Source: the human T2T-CHM13v2.0 reference genome, Homo sapiens
Reading direction: 5' to 3' (one strand)
Assembly: GCF_009914755.1 (NCBI RefSeq)
Contig: NC_060930.1
DNA length: 64,000 nucleotides
Shown: one piece after another, positions 15,391 through 30,274 of the stretch
Layout of the letters: every line of letters begins with the position of its first letter
Position numbering within the stretch: the first letter of the stretch is position 1
The notes under the pieces: model-generated
What the model was told of the DNA's origin: nothing
The model's database searches: none
The model's input: the letters and a program-made list of their open reading frames with translations, nothing else
Made by a program: the position numbers and the translations under genes

Positions 15391-16540
15391 TAAACAAAAC
15401 TCGTTATTACAAAAGAATCACTTTGTCTCTGAAGTGGGCAATTCAACCCATTTCTAGGAGATTTTAAACATGATTTTAGATATTTGGTGTGATTTTGTGA
15501 ATGGGTTTATCGTTAATAGCTTTCATGCTCCAGAATTTTCTTGAATAATAGGTTTTTGCAAAGTGCATTCCATGGAATACTCATTTGGGTGACGTTAATA
15601 GACATCACTCAAAAGCTGGGTGAATATTACAATGTTTACTTCATCTGTAACAAGCTGAGTAGCTACAGTACATATCTAAGAGGGGGCTCTAATTCTCAAT
15701 ATTTTCCAAATTTATTAGATCACAGACTTTTCTTTTAGTGAAGTGCTTAATGAAACTTAAGTTCTGTGAAAAGTACTTTGAGAAATATTGCTTTAAAAAG
15801 AAAAAGATTGAGCCCTGTATCAGGGGAAATATCTAATATTATATTAAACAAAAAAGTCCCACTGAAGAAAATCATCTTATTGTTCATAGACCTTAGTTTA
15901 GGTATTGGGGCCAAAGGATGGATGACCATTTCAAACGATCCAGGCTAAGCCAGGAGGAGAGCTCAAAGTCTGATCTGGTGAGTAAGTTGTGAAGGGAATG
16001 TGATGAAAAAGTACACTTCTATTGCAAAGAAATCATGAGCTAGGTTTATACGCTATGCTGTGAATGGCCAATAGATTATAAATTCAACAGTCTCCCTGTC
16101 ACAGCTATGGTAATGACGACTGTTTAGGCCTTAGGGGAGCTTTAGGGAGAGGCAATTTCATACTTAAGTCACACTGACTTAAAAAGTGAAATATTTGAAA
16201 TCATTGTTGAAATCACGTGGAGGTCGTCAGCAAGCGGATGAGGTTGGAATGCCTATCATTTTCCTCAAGCTCATGTCCTCTCATTTTCTTATTTGAAAAT
16301 CTATTTGGCTCAGAAAGGACACCTAGGGTTAGCCAAAAATCACCTCCTGATGTTCCTTTTAAAGGAAGCTTCCAAGTTATTTGAATAGCTTCCAAGTTAT
16401 TCATCGAGAAACAAAGCAAATTCAAAGATTATGTCCGTAGGCACAAACTGGATTTTAAGAAATCCTGGCTGCATAAACAATTGTCTTATAGAAAAGAATT
16501 TCTGTTCCTCTTTTCCCTCCCCTTGTCAATCCTATTTGTT

Positions 16541-16710
16541 TCAGACCTGGGTTCAAACACTAGCTGTAGAGGCTATAAGCTATTGGAAGCACATTTGAGC
16601 CTGAAATAAACTGAACCTCTTTTGCCTTGGTTTTCTCACTTGTAAATGGGGATTTTTGTGCCTACCTCAAAGGTACGTTGCAAGGATCGAGGGACAGAGC
16701 GTGCAGCAAG
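16541..16710 (+). mobile_element. MIR
   Basis: CAGACCTGGGTTCAAA...TTTCTCACTTGTAAATGGGGAT...CCTACCTCAAAGG. Confidence 0.6.
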
Positions 16711-17365
16711 TGGCCAATGAATAGAAGTCTGGTTTTCTGAGCATCCTTGCAGCTGCAGGCTTCAGTCTACCAGAGAATGTGAGGTGTTATTCTTCTAGGG
16801 CAGTGGTTAGAAAAGAAAATGAAAGTAGCAGTACTCTTTTCCTAATGCAACCATAGATGGATGATCAGAATTTGTAATCCATAAGGTAGAAGCTGCTGTG
16901 CCTGAAGAAATAGAAAGTGGGCAGAGGTGGAGGGGCAAGGTAGGGAGTGGAGTGGAAGGTAGGGAGAGTTTGATCCTAGCCTGCACTGCTCCTCAGAGGT
17001 ACTTTAGCGTCTTTGGAACAGTATTAGAAAATCATGGTTCTATCAACTCATGTCTGAAAATCAATTGCTATTTCAGAGCAGGAGGTGACCAATCTTGGAA
17101 ATAAGGAAGGGAGAGAGGCAGCCAAGCCAGCAGCTCCTAGGATTAGTCACTGCCTGGAGCCAGCTCTTGGAAGTTCCCCAGGAGCTGTCCAGTCTTATGT
17201 CATGTCTAGTCAGCAGAGTCCCAAAGAAGCTTGTCATTCTCTAGGCATTTGTGCTTACATTCTGATGGGCCTAATAGCAGGGAGATGACATGGAGCCCAG
17301 GCAGAACAGCTGAGATTTCTACTGGTCATGACCTCCATCTTCTCCTTCACACCTTTCCTACCTTT

Positions 17366-17490
17366 CTTTTTCCATGCATTCAACAGACATTTATTACCCA
17401 ATAAGTGCCAGGTAGTAAGCGAGGACCTGGGGAGAGCAGATGAGTAAGACACCGTCTCTGTCTCTCAGGAGCTCTCAGATTCTTAGGGAC
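17366..17490 (-). mobile_element. L2 3' end
   Basis: CATTCAACAGACATTTATT...GTGCCAGG...TCTCAGGAGCTC. Confidence 0.6.
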
Positions 17491-17894
17491 ACATGTACAT
17501 CCTAATAAACACAGTGCATCTCATGAATGTGTAAGTTTAAGTTATTGATATAGGCACACACAGACAGAGGGACTTCGTTCCCTGCAGGTTCTGTAGTATT
17601 TCGTGCCCACTCCCCTTTCTTCCCTTGCTGCTCACATCATCTTGCCTTCAAGGAATCTGGGGGGATGGTAGACTGAAAGTGGCCCTTTCTGCATAATTCT
17701 TCTTGAAAACAAACATTTGCTCTCTTCTTAGAGGCTGACTATACTGAGAGCTACCACTCCTTGGCTGCTTATTAGCCATTGGGTTATTGCTAAGCCCTTT
17801 ACATATGTTATATCATTTAATTGTATTGAATCTTCACCATAACACTTCAATGGAAATATTTTTCCAAATAAGGAAAGGTGAGACTCAAAGTAGT

Positions 17895-18076
17895 TGTATT
17901 AGTCTGCATTGCTATGAAGAACTACCTGAAACCGGGTAACTTATAAAGAAAAGAGGTGGGCCGGGCGCGGTGGCTCATGCCTATAATCCTAGCACTTTGG
18001 GAGGCCGAGGTGGGCAGACCATGAGGTCGGGAGTTAGAGACCAGCCTGGCCAACATGGTGAAACCCCGTGTCTACT

Positions 18077-18116
<40 letters not shown>

Positions 18117-18238
18117 GTAATCCTAGCTACTCAGGAGGCTGAGGCAGGAGGATTGCTTGAACCCTGGAGGTGGAGGTTGCATTGAGCCAAGATCACACCA
18201 CTGCACTCCAGCCTGAGTGACAGAGCGAGACTCCATCT

Positions 18239-18280
<42 letters not shown>

Positions 18281-18343
18281 AAGATGTTTAATTGACTCTA
18301 TGTTCCACAGGCCATACAGGAAGCATGGCTTGGGAGCATGGCT
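17895..18343 (-). mobile_element. Truncated MST (MSTA-like) LTR interrupted by an Alu
   Basis: TGTATTAGTCTGCATTGCTATGAAGAACTACCTGAAACCGGGTAACTTATAAAGAAAAGAGG ... TTTAATTGACTC...AGGAAGCATGGC. Confidence 0.75.
17959..18278 (+). mobile_element. AluS with (AC)18 in place of the linker and a ~38-nt pure A tail
   Basis: Direct read; (AC)n at 18079-18114. Confidence 0.92.
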
Positions 18344-18397
18344 GTACTCCAGCCTAGGCGACAGAGTGAGACTCTGTCTCAAAAAAAAAAAAAAAAA
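18342..18397 (+). mobile_element. Alu 3' terminal fragment
   Basis: CTGTACTCCAGCCTAGGCGACAGAGTGAGACTCTGTCTC(A)17. Confidence 0.85.
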
Positions 18398-18928
18398 TCC
18401 CCATATCCCCATTCACTGTCCTTTTCTCTAGAAAATACCCCATTTCATGTAACTGTCTAAACAACGGTTTAAGGTCTACACAAGATTGTGAAGTGAACCT
18501 GCAGGATTAGGAGGGTAAGGATTCCCACCTAGGTGGGCTCACTTGCTCTGCCATACCTGGGTAGGATCCCAGCCTGCTTCTGTGATTGTCAGGAGGCACC
18601 AAAAAGGCTACCCTAGGTTTTCTGTCATTCGGCCCAAACATTTCCTCTGCTGGGCAAATGTGGAAAAGAGGCATTAAGCTGGTGCTCCCACAACTGAAAG
18701 GAAAGCAATTCTCTTTCTGTTGTGGTTCCTTCCTCTTTGGACTCTTTTCTTCCATTCCAGCCTATCCCCTTCTTGGAAAAGCTGTTCTACCAATAGCAGG
18801 GAAGAAACAGCACCGTGTACCTGATACGCTACCCTGGGCACAGGCGATCAGACCAGGGATAGACACCTGAACTGATCTGGGCAGATGCCCTCTTCTGGCC
18901 ATTGAGAATTGACAGCATCAGACATCTA

Positions 18929-19374
<446 letters not shown>

Positions 19375-20379
19375 CTAACAAACCACCAAAGCTTTTTTTA
19401 ACTCTCTAAGGGAAGGTACTTTTGTTTGACTTACTATTTACTATTGATTAGGGCCCAGACTCTGCCAAGTTACATGTTAATTTTTGTCTGGTAGAGATAC
19501 AAATGATTTTTGTCCTGTAAAAAGATTTTATTGCTCCACAGGACATTAATGAGTGAGGTTTCCAAATTAGCAAACTTATGTCAGCATGCTGTTTCTGATG
19601 GTCTATCCAAATCTTTCTCCTTCCAATTCTCTTTTCAAACAGCTTTACCATCCTCTGGTTCTTTCTTTTGTGAAGTAAACAGATCTTTATACACACTCCC
19701 TATAGACTTATATAAGAATCATGTTTTCACTTTTTGAAAATGATGCTTTGACAATTCCACTGAACAGGCTGGGGAAAATTTTATGAGAATTGTTGGATCC
19801 TGCTCAGAAGCAAAAAGATAAAACCAGGCTATCCTCTATCATGGCTGATCTGGGGTTCATTCCCAGAAATGAGGGTCTTGGATCAGGGTCAAATATGTGG
19901 GTGGGGTGGGCTCAATTGCTGAGATACCCATCTCATGAGGAAGGATGGGACCCATATTATGGGAAACAAAACAGGAAGAATGAGAGTGAAAAGATTAATC
20001 CTTTCACTAAATTGGGAAAACAGGAGAAAGTGTTGTTGGATAAAGAAGGAACTTTAGCACAATGAGCAGAGACAAGACGGTAAATGTTCCTTATCCAGTA
20101 ATCTCTGATGAAAGGCCAGTGCTCACATCATTAGTAATGTCCAGAACTGATAATATCAGTAATAGCAATACTCACAATGTAAATAAGTAGCTCTCATGTT
20201 TTGATTGCCAATAGTGCTAGCAACCTTACATGTATCACTCTTTACCCCAGCCCTGTTAATTGGTACTATGATGAAGAAAGAGACTCAAAGAAAATAAATG
20301 ACTCACTCGCGTATTTTTACACAGCTAGAATTGCTACAGAAAGGATTAAAGCCAAGTCTATCCAAATCCACTGTCTATG

Positions 20380-20480
20380 TCCCTCCCTCCCTCCCTCCCT
20401 CCCTCCCTCCCTTCCTTCCTTCCTTGCTCCTTCCTTCCCTCCCTTTCTGCCTCCCTCCCTTTCTGCCTCCCTCCCTCCCT
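20380..20480. repeat. (CCCT)n/(CCTT)n polypyrimidine repeat
   Basis: Direct read. Confidence 0.9.
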
Positions 20481-20640
20481 ATCTCAAACATCTATTGAGT
20501 GTCTACCATGTGCCAGGCACTGTGTCAGGCTCTTGGGATACAGCAATAAGCCAAGTCCTTGCTTTCAGGGAGTTTACATTCCAGTGAGAGGGTCACAGAA
20601 ACAAATGTATCTCTATGGCAGCAAGTGCTATGAAGAAAAT
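20481..20640 (-). mobile_element. L2 3' end
   Basis: AAACATCTATTGAGTGTCTACCATGTGCCAGGCACTGTG...TTTACATTCCAGTG. Confidence 0.7.
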
Positions 20641-21212
20641 CAGCTTCATTTTTATTGTTTCATGCCCATCATGCAGGTTTCCCACAGTCCATCATCCCCA
20701 CTCCACCCCCCACCCAATGTAGTGCTTTCCTCTGTCCTGGAGAATCGGAAAGACTTCACAGCAACATCTGCAGTCCCTTTGTTTCAGTGACTTTGGCACA
20801 GAGAAGTGGACACGGTGGCAGACAAAGCTGCTGGAAGCTGTCAGGCTACTGGCAGCCAAAAGCTTAATCACACATTCCAAAGGCAGTGTGTGTGTGATGT
20901 TGCATCTCTGGCCCTGGAAGGGAGATAGAGGTCACCTTCTTGGGAGTCAGAGTTGGCCCCTCAGCTCCCAGGGGTTCAGCTGAGCAGCTTCAGAGGGCTG
21001 ACTGCAGAGACCAGGAAGGGGCCATTCACTCTGATGGGAATTGGGAATCATTGATGCTCGAGCAGCAGCTGAGTTAAAATTCATGCTAAGAAATCAGCAT
21101 TCACATGTGTACATATTTAAGTCAGGATCTCAGTGAAGAGGGCATGACAGCAGTGAAAAGAGGTGCCAGACCTGAAGTAGGCTACCTTATGGTTGCTGCT
21201 TCACCTGTTGCT

Positions 21213-21214
<2 letters not shown>

Positions 21215-21246
<32 letters not shown>
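21215..21246. repeat. (AC)16 microsatellite
   Basis: Direct read. Confidence 0.97.
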
Positions 21247-21248
<2 letters not shown>

Positions 21249-21811
21249 TTCCAGAAGATAGTGGGACAGTAGCAATTTGAAGGCTCTGCCAGAAAAGCAT
21301 TTGCTTAAAGTGTTGGGAATTTTTTGTTGGATTGTTGTTTCATTCATAGGGCTTCTAAATTTCACTTTTGCATTTTAACCATTTCAAGGAATTCCCCCTG
21401 ATTTTGAGTGTGAATGGGTACAAAAGACCAGGGGTTGTTAACCAAAAGCCTGGAACATTCAGGTGAACGGCTGTTCTGCAGGGAAGGAGGGAAACAGCAG
21501 GGTGAGATGGATGGTCAACCTTCAAAGGCCTTACACAGTCCCGGCCAGGATAATCTTCGCCTCTCCCTTCTGCTGGGGAAAAGTCTGGATTGCTAAGACC
21601 AGGGTCTCTATAGTGGCATCTCCAACACTCAGGCCGAGCTTCATGGCTGGGTTCCTGTTTTTTCATTTGCTCATGCCCCTCAGTGGTATCATCTGACTCA
21701 GCTCCTTTCCCTCCTGTTGGGCCAGTACTTACAGTGGGTCTCCTGATGAAGCTGAGGTCATGGGTTCATGAGCCCAATTATCACCATGCTGACCGCACCA
21801 CTAACCTGGCT

Positions 21812-21994
21812 CCGTGTAGTTGCAAACTTGGCTGCACATTGGAATTCCTAGGGAGAGTTTTAAACATCCCAACGACCAGGCTGCAATGAAATAAGACCGA
21901 TGAAATCAGGATCTCAGGGGTGGAATGGGACTGGTAATTTACAGAATCTCTCCAGCTGATTCCATATTCAGACAAGTTAGAGCACCAATGCCCT
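21812..21994. mobile_element. MER5-like hAT-Charlie MITE
   Basis: CAAACTTGGCTGCACATTGGAAT...AAATCAGGATCTCAGGGGTGG...TCTCCAGCTGATTC...AGCACCAATGCCCT. Confidence 0.6.
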
Positions 21995-23550
21995 CAGTCC
22001 TGAGAGTGAGGGCTGGTCTCATGAATCCATTCACACAGATGGAAGTCCATCCTCACAGCGGTCAGGCCTCACACAACATCGGGCATGTTGGTAGGCATAT
22101 GCCTAAGTTTCTGTGCAATGAATGAATGCCTTACTGGTGATGCATCAATAGCAAGGCATTCAGGGGAGAGAGTACCCTGCCTCAGTGCCTAGCATGAGAC
22201 ATACATCCAGGACCATGTTTTTATTCCCATCTTATGGATGAGAAAACTGAGGTTCAGAAAGGGTAGGCAAAATCCCCTAGCTCACCTGGCTGGAAGGGGG
22301 CAGAACTTCCCTGTACGTGCTGAGAACACCACTGTTCGAGCAGAGGGGAAACCTCTGCAAATTTCACTCTGTGTTCAGTGGGTGACTTGCCAAAATGACT
22401 TGCCAAAGCCCTTTAGGGCCAATAAATTAGAGTGTTTGCATCAAATTTCCATGCACAAGAGCCAACTCAAAACCTTAGATCCAATTCCATTGGTTCCCAT
22501 AGCTCTGAAGTGGAGAGATGCTAGTAATAAATCCTACAGGCTGATGGCAGGACTTTGATATATAATATTAACTCTGATCTTGGTGGTGGTCTGACTCAAG
22601 ACAGAGGGAATATTAAAAGCAGTAGTAATCCTTCTAAAAGTTCCATGCGCTTCTGCCCAGATATCCAGGGTTTCTGGCTGAATTAGCCTGCAGAAGCAAT
22701 TGTGCAGATTAGGTGATGTTGAACCACGAGAAAGTGTCTTCCCACTTAGCAAATCAAGGGTCCATGGGATGGAGAGAAAGGAGGGAATAGAGTTTGTCAC
22801 TTGGGCTGTACTGACCCCAGTGGTGATGTCTTCCCTTTGATGGGTGGTGTTGGGACAGCAAGGCAGTCATCATTTAGCCCACTAGTGCTAAGGTGGAAGG
22901 CATCCGCAGTGCATGGTCTGGCATCCCCAGGCAAAGACAAGAGGATGGGCCCTGCAGAGTGTTTTGGGTTAGAAACAAGCTGAGTGAACTGAGTGTTTCT
23001 TCAGGGAGCGCACTAAAGATGAGCCGACAAATCCACGACAGTGGGGAGTGAGGTGAGGCAGGGACACAAATCCACAGCTGACTCACCCAGCACATTCCCA
23101 CCTCCTCAGCATAGAAAACCACAGGGACAAACTGACCAGAAGGCCATTCATCCATGGGTCTATCCCGTGCCTTGATCAGTCTTCCTAAATCCCACCTTTG
23201 CCAAAGTCACTCCAGTCTGTGAATTTTCCATGGCTTCCTGATGCATATGGAAAGACGTTCAGACTCCCAATCTGAGGTCCAATGCTCTCCAGAATTCCAT
23301 CTTTCCCTACCTTCCTGGAATCATTTCCCATTGACTTGCCATCTACCTGGACAAGCTGGAATGGCTGCTTTGGCTGTCTTCTGAAAATGCCCTGAGGTGT
23401 CTCTGCCCCAGGCCTGTCTCCTGTGCCCCCAGAGCTGCCCAGGCCCCTGCTTCCTACAGAGACCAGCTCACAGTCTTCTTGTCAGTGGTCATCTAACAGT
23501 GGTCTTGTAAAAGCAGAGCAAGTTCCAATCTTATTTATAGCATTCAGCAG

Positions 23551-23716
23551 TTTTTTTTTTTTTTTAGAGCTGGTGTCTTGCTCTGTTGCCCAAGTTTGAG
23601 TGCAATGGCTCAATCACAGCTTCACTGCAGCCTTGAACTCCTGGGCCCTAGTGATCCTCCTCTTTCAGCCTCCTGAGTAGCTGGGACCACAGGTATGCAC
23701 CACCATGCCCACCTAA
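23551..23716 (-). mobile_element. AluJ monomer/fragment
   Basis: Poly-T plus CACTGCAGCCTTGAACTCCTGGGC. Confidence 0.8.
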
Positions 23717-23857
23717 ACACAGTCTACCTTTATGTGTGTGTGTCCATCCATCACCAGATGCTCACGGAAGGTAGGGCAGAAACATTTTGAAAAATAATTT
23801 TTACCTTTGAAGAGTAATCTTAATGATAACCTAGCAGGTGCTCAGATACATCGGGTC

Positions 23858-24322
23858 GATTCACTTCCTATGGCTGTGTAACAAATTACCACAAACTTGG
23901 TGATTTAGAGCAATGCCCATTTATTATCTCAGGGTTTCTATAGGTCAGAAGTTTGGGTGTTGCATGGCTGGATTGTCTGTTTAGGATCTCACAGGGTTGA
24001 GATCGGGGTAGCCAGGGTTGCTTCTCATCTGGGGCTCCAAGTCCTCTTTGCAAGCTCACTGGTTGTCAGTAGAATTCAGTTCCTGTGGTTGTAGGACTGA
24101 GGTCCCCATATTCTTCTTGCTGTTTGTCAGTCTGGGGTGCTCCCAGCAACTCAAGGCCACTCTCAGGTTGTTGACACAGGGTGCCAACATCTATCTTCAA
24201 AACCAGTAGGAGGATTTCTCTTGCACTGAATCTCTTTTGCATCTCTGACATTCTCAGTCTCTGACCTCTAGATCCAGATTTAAAGGGTTCACTTGATTCT
24301 GTCAGACCCACTCAGGACAATT
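23858..24322 (-). mobile_element. MLT1D-like LTR
   Basis: GTAACAAATTACCACAAACTTGGTG...AGAATTCAGTTCCTGTGGTTGTAGGACTGAGGTCCCC. Confidence 0.75.
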
Positions 24323-25874
24323 ATTTTGTTGTGCGTCCCTTTTTCTGGGAAGTGGGTCTACCACTTCTATCACGTTCTTAAAAGGGTCTGGGAATGTTCA
24401 CCCATCACAGACATCCACACCAGGCCAGTTAAGTCAGAACTGCTGGAGATTCCACATTCTCCTGGGCAGCCTGGGTGGAGAACCACCTATGTGGAAGGAA
24501 CACTGGGCTCCAAAGATAAGGGGCCTTGCATTTTATTTCATTACCAGTGTCTATTGGCTCTGAGACCTTACAGAAATCACTCAACTTCTCAGGGCCTCAT
24601 TTGCAAACACGGATGATAATAGTAAGCTCCATCTCTCACGGTTGTTAGGAGGATTAAAAGTGTATAAAGATGCTCTGCAAGCTCTGAAGTATTAGCCAAC
24701 CGTCTAGTCAGTGTGAAGAGACACTGAAAAGTGAGGTGGGACACAGCATTTTAAGTGAAAAAGAAGGGAGAAGCTTATCTTTATCAAAGTTAAATATTAG
24801 ATACTGAGTACTTTGTAAAGTCTGTTGCTGCTGGGGATCAGGCAAATTGTTATAACCTTCCTGGAAGGCAATTTCCCATAATTATCAGCAGTTTACAGAA
24901 TATCCAAGCCATTTGACCCTAAGATAATGTTTCTAGGGATTTCTCTTAAGGATTTAATCAAGGACACATACACAGATTATAGCAGTTCAAAATTGGAACC
25001 CATCTATTTAACAATAAGGGATTGTTTAATTACACATGAAATATTATTTAAACGTGAACATTATATTGCCTTTAAATATTTGACATGGAAAGAAGCTTAA
25101 AACTCAGTCCTATTTCCTTATCAATGTTCTATCCACAAGGGGCAGGAGGTGTCACCTCCTTGGGAATCAGAGTTGGCCCCTCAGGTAGGTGTTTGGAGCT
25201 TCCTGGTAGGGGCTGGGGACAAAGTGTGGATGGGGCACCTGCTGGACCTGTGGCGAGATCATCAGGGGTTGCTATTGGTCTCAGCAAGGGAGTGAGGCTG
25301 ACCAGTTCTCAGCTGCATTTCAGAGAAGGATGAAATGCCCTAATCAGAAGTCAGCTCCCCTCATGACCCTGGAGGGAATTCTGCCCACTCACAGACTCTT
25401 TCTTATTCTGGGCCTCTGCTGTTATCTGGGTCTAGCTCCCTGTCACAGTCAGTTTGGGGACTGATCCTCCAGGAAAGTCCTGGGACCTCTCGGCAGGCTG
25501 AATGCTTCTCCTTTGTGACTCCCCTGCCATGGCGGTTGTGCCCCTTCTTACCTTCTACAGACATGACTTTTCATGGGCCTCTTCCTTTCTCCCCACCGGT
25601 AAATCACCACCCTTCAAAGGCAGGAACTGTCTCTATGTCATCTTAGTATCCTACGGGCCTGGCCCAGAGTAGATGCTCCAAAAAACTTGTCCTGAACTGA
25701 ATGGGCGTGAAGCTGGGGCCTGTTGCACTGTGTTGTTGTGGGGCGGGGTGACTTCCAACCACACTGGGAGCCATCTCCCTCTCTCATTCCGAGGGAAGAG
25801 TCCGCAGCACAGATGGGCGCAACCCAATGTCAGGAGCTGACACTGTGATCAAAGAAAATCATTTCCATTGCTCC

Positions 25875-26944
<1,070 letters not shown>

Positions 26945-27189
26945 CTTGCAAGGGTGCCCCTGTGTTCCTCCACTCTCCATCCCCAAGCTGGGCTGGGATT
27001 TCTTGAGCCAGATGAGTTGAAGATGCTGCAAAGTTAAAATGGCCTTGCCTTCCTGCGCAGTCAGGTGGAGCACCCCCTTCCCTCATCTGGGCCTGCTGAG
27101 TAGGGTCTCACTGATCCCCGCACTGTGTGTCCCTTAGACCTTTCCTGAGACCCAGCCCTTCCCCCGGTGGAAGGGAGAATTATTTGAAA

Positions 27190-27365
27190 AGTGTGGGTTT
27201 TGGTGTCAGACAGACTGGGACCCAGGTCTAGGCTACTGAACCAGTGAGCTGTGTGGCTTTGTGCATGCTATTTAGACACTCTGAGTTTTAATTTCCTAAT
27301 TTCTAATTGCCAGACAGGTTGGTTGGGAGGAACAGCTTAGATTGACCTATGAAAGCATTTGTAGA
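27190..27365 (+). mobile_element. MIR
   Basis: TTTGGTGTCAGACAGACTGGG...GCTGTGTGGCTTTG...CTCTGAGTTTTAATTTCC. Confidence 0.55.
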
Positions 27366-27941
27366 CTCGGAAGTGTTCTCATGGCACTTTGGATGAAATC
27401 GTTCCTGCTGCTTCAAACTACTGTGTGATGAGTTTCCAAAAATCATTGCCTGTGATCTGCAGGCTCGTTGTATGTCACAGATCACCAGATGTGCTTCCAT
27501 TCCATGCTTGCTTCTGCAGTCCTGTTCTAAGCTCTGGCCTAATATTCTTCCCGCCCACGGAGCTCTTGCCACTGCCTCACCGCAGAGACTGGAACCCTGT
27601 CCTTTAACTCCCAGCTCAGAGTGTAGGGAAGTGTTTCTCAAAGTATTCTCTGTGTTATCTGCTTCCAAATTGCCTGGATATTGGTTAAAAACCAAACCTC
27701 TGGTTCCCCTTCCAGACTGAAGGATGAGAATTGGCTGTGGGAATGAGTGGGAATCTACGCTGTTGTGAAGTTCCCCACAGGGATCTCCTGCATCTTAAGG
27801 CTCAAAGGCCATGGACCTAGCCCCTGGATACTGGGCATAGGCATCTCAGATGCTGTCTGTTTCTTCACTTCCCTGACTGGCCTGGGCTCTGGGGTTGGGC
27901 CCTTCTCATTTCTGGATTTGTGATACTTGTCTTGTATCCCC

Positions 27942-28980
27942 TTTTATCATAGTGTGCTTTTGCTTACAAGTGAACAAAAACCCAATCCAAAGTGATTTAA
28001 ACAAAAAGAGCACTTATTGTAAAAGTTCAGAATAAACTGCCTTCAGGCATGGCTTGATCCAGGGGCGCACACTGTGTTACCAGGAGGCAGTTTCTCTCTG
28101 CCTCCTCACTTGGCTACATTTTTCTCTCACTTGTGCATCCTGAGCCATTCACAGAGCTCAGGAGGATGAGTGTTCTGATGGAGCAGGGTATGCTGGTGGT
28201 TAGTGCCATCAAAAACAGAATGAGATAATGATATGGCTCAGATGACTGGAGGAGCACCAGGGTTCTTGGTCTAGCACACACTTGGATAAAATGACACAGA
28301 CACACCTGGAGTGGTTTTAAGGAGCGAAAAGTTTAATATACAAGAAAGAAGGAAGGAAGAAGAAAACAGCTCCCCAGTACAGAGACAGAGGGAGAGGGGA
28401 TTTGAACAGAGAGAAAACCCCGGTGGGGAGAAGGGATGTGGGGGGAGGGCGTGTGTGTGGTGTAATCAGCTAGTTATATGAGGAGGCTGGAGGAGGCGGT
28501 GCTGGCTTGCATAGGGCTCAGAGGATTGGTTTGACCAGGCAGGTCATTCACATAGCCTGCGAAAAAGCTGGCCCTCACAGTCTAGCCTTTTAAGATGCAA
28601 ATGCAGGGCGCCATGATGTTCTACACACGTGGGGATATGTGGGGGCGGCCATGTTGCCAGCCACCTGTTGGGTCAAGGAAGAAACCTGGAATCTCCATGT
28701 TTGGGTGGACTCAGTTTCCAGTGGCCTGCGTTTGCATATCAAAGCTTGCCAGTGGCTCTTAGAGCTGGCGCTCTCCTGTTAGACAAGAAAGGTTTCTGGA
28801 TCTGCTTTAAAAGAAACAAAAACTTCCCAAGGACCTCTTTTCCTCTCTATCTGCCTAAAATAATTTCTTAATAACTCCTATAACAATAAGGGGGTGGTCC
28901 ATTCCCACATGTAAATTGAGGCTTTTCCCAGAAATAGGGTGAATAGATGCTGAGTTACCCCAGTCAGCAAATGTCCATTT
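27942..28980 (-). mobile_element. Old MLT1K-like LTR interrupted by an ERV1 LTR
   Basis: TTACAAGTGAACAAAAACCCAATCCAAAGTGATTTAAAC...CTTCAGGCATGGCTTGATCCAGGGG; similar sequence resumes after 28889. Confidence 0.5.
28229..28885 (-). mobile_element. ERV1 solo LTR (LTR9-like)
   Basis: TG...CA ends, 4-bp TSD ATAA (28225-28228, 28886-28889); reverse complement begins TGTTATAGGAGTTATTAAGAAATTATTTTAGGCAG. Confidence 0.8.
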
Positions 28981-29859
28981 ATCTCATTTGTGAACTCTGG
29001 ACTCTGCACAGAGACTGTGGTGACACAGGCTGTCCTGTGACCCTGTGGCTGGGTCAGCTCCTGTGTCTGCGACAGGATGCCCTGAGTCCCCATGGATTCC
29101 TCAACCCCACACCCTGTCCTACTCTTAGCCAAGTCAGCCATGCCCCTCTGAGGGCTACGCTGCTTCAATAGGCCTGGCTTCCTAAGTACCTTTCATTATC
29201 ACCCAGGCTCATACCCAGAAGCAAAGCAGAAATTTCTTTTGAGATCCAGGGTGGGAAATGGTCAGTTGAATTGAGTTGCAACCGAAGGTGAGGAAACGTC
29301 TTTTATGAAAACCCATTTCCCTCTGTCGGAGGTGATTTCAGTCACATTTTCCAAGCTCAGGATAATTTACCCCCTACCAGGGTGCACTGCAGAAGGTCTG
29401 GCTGGAAGGCCCCGAGCACAGGAGTTGATTGCTAGCTGCTAAGAGGCTGCGCTTTGTTCCCGAAGGAGAAAGCTGCAGGTTAAGAGAACATTCCCCACCT
29501 TGCCAGGGGTGACAAAGCAGGGGACTGCTTGAGGGCTGACACTGGAGTTAGAGATAATGAAAGGAGAGGAGGAAGAAGAAGCCAGGGCCTGGCTCAGCAT
29601 CTCACCGCATTGGTGGGGAGAGGAGCTGCTCACCTTCTCGCACCTGTTGTTGGGCTGAGACAGATTTTCAGAGAGCAATGCCTCCTGGACAGAGGCTCTT
29701 CCCCACAGGGCAAATGTAATTAGATGAGAGAAAAACAAAGCTCTGAAACCCTAATTAGGTGCCAAGCCCTCAGGCTTTATACATCTAAACAGCTAAGGAA
29801 CAGAGGATAAGATTCTCCAGTCGGCACTCCCTTGCCAGTCCTGGCTGAGCTAATGGTGA

Positions 29860-30274
<415 letters not shown>

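Larger units (their letters stand above)
15890..17523 (+). ncRNA. Candidate 3-exon non-coding transcript (exons 15890-15977, 16673-16939, 17077-~17523); resembles my recollection of LOC101928626 in the chr1 paralog
   Basis: TTCATAG|15890, CTG|GTGAGT (15978), CTCAAAG|16673, AAG|GTAGGG (16940), TTTCAG|17077, AATAAA at 17504-17509; no long ORF. Identity is from memory, unverified. Confidence 0.45.
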
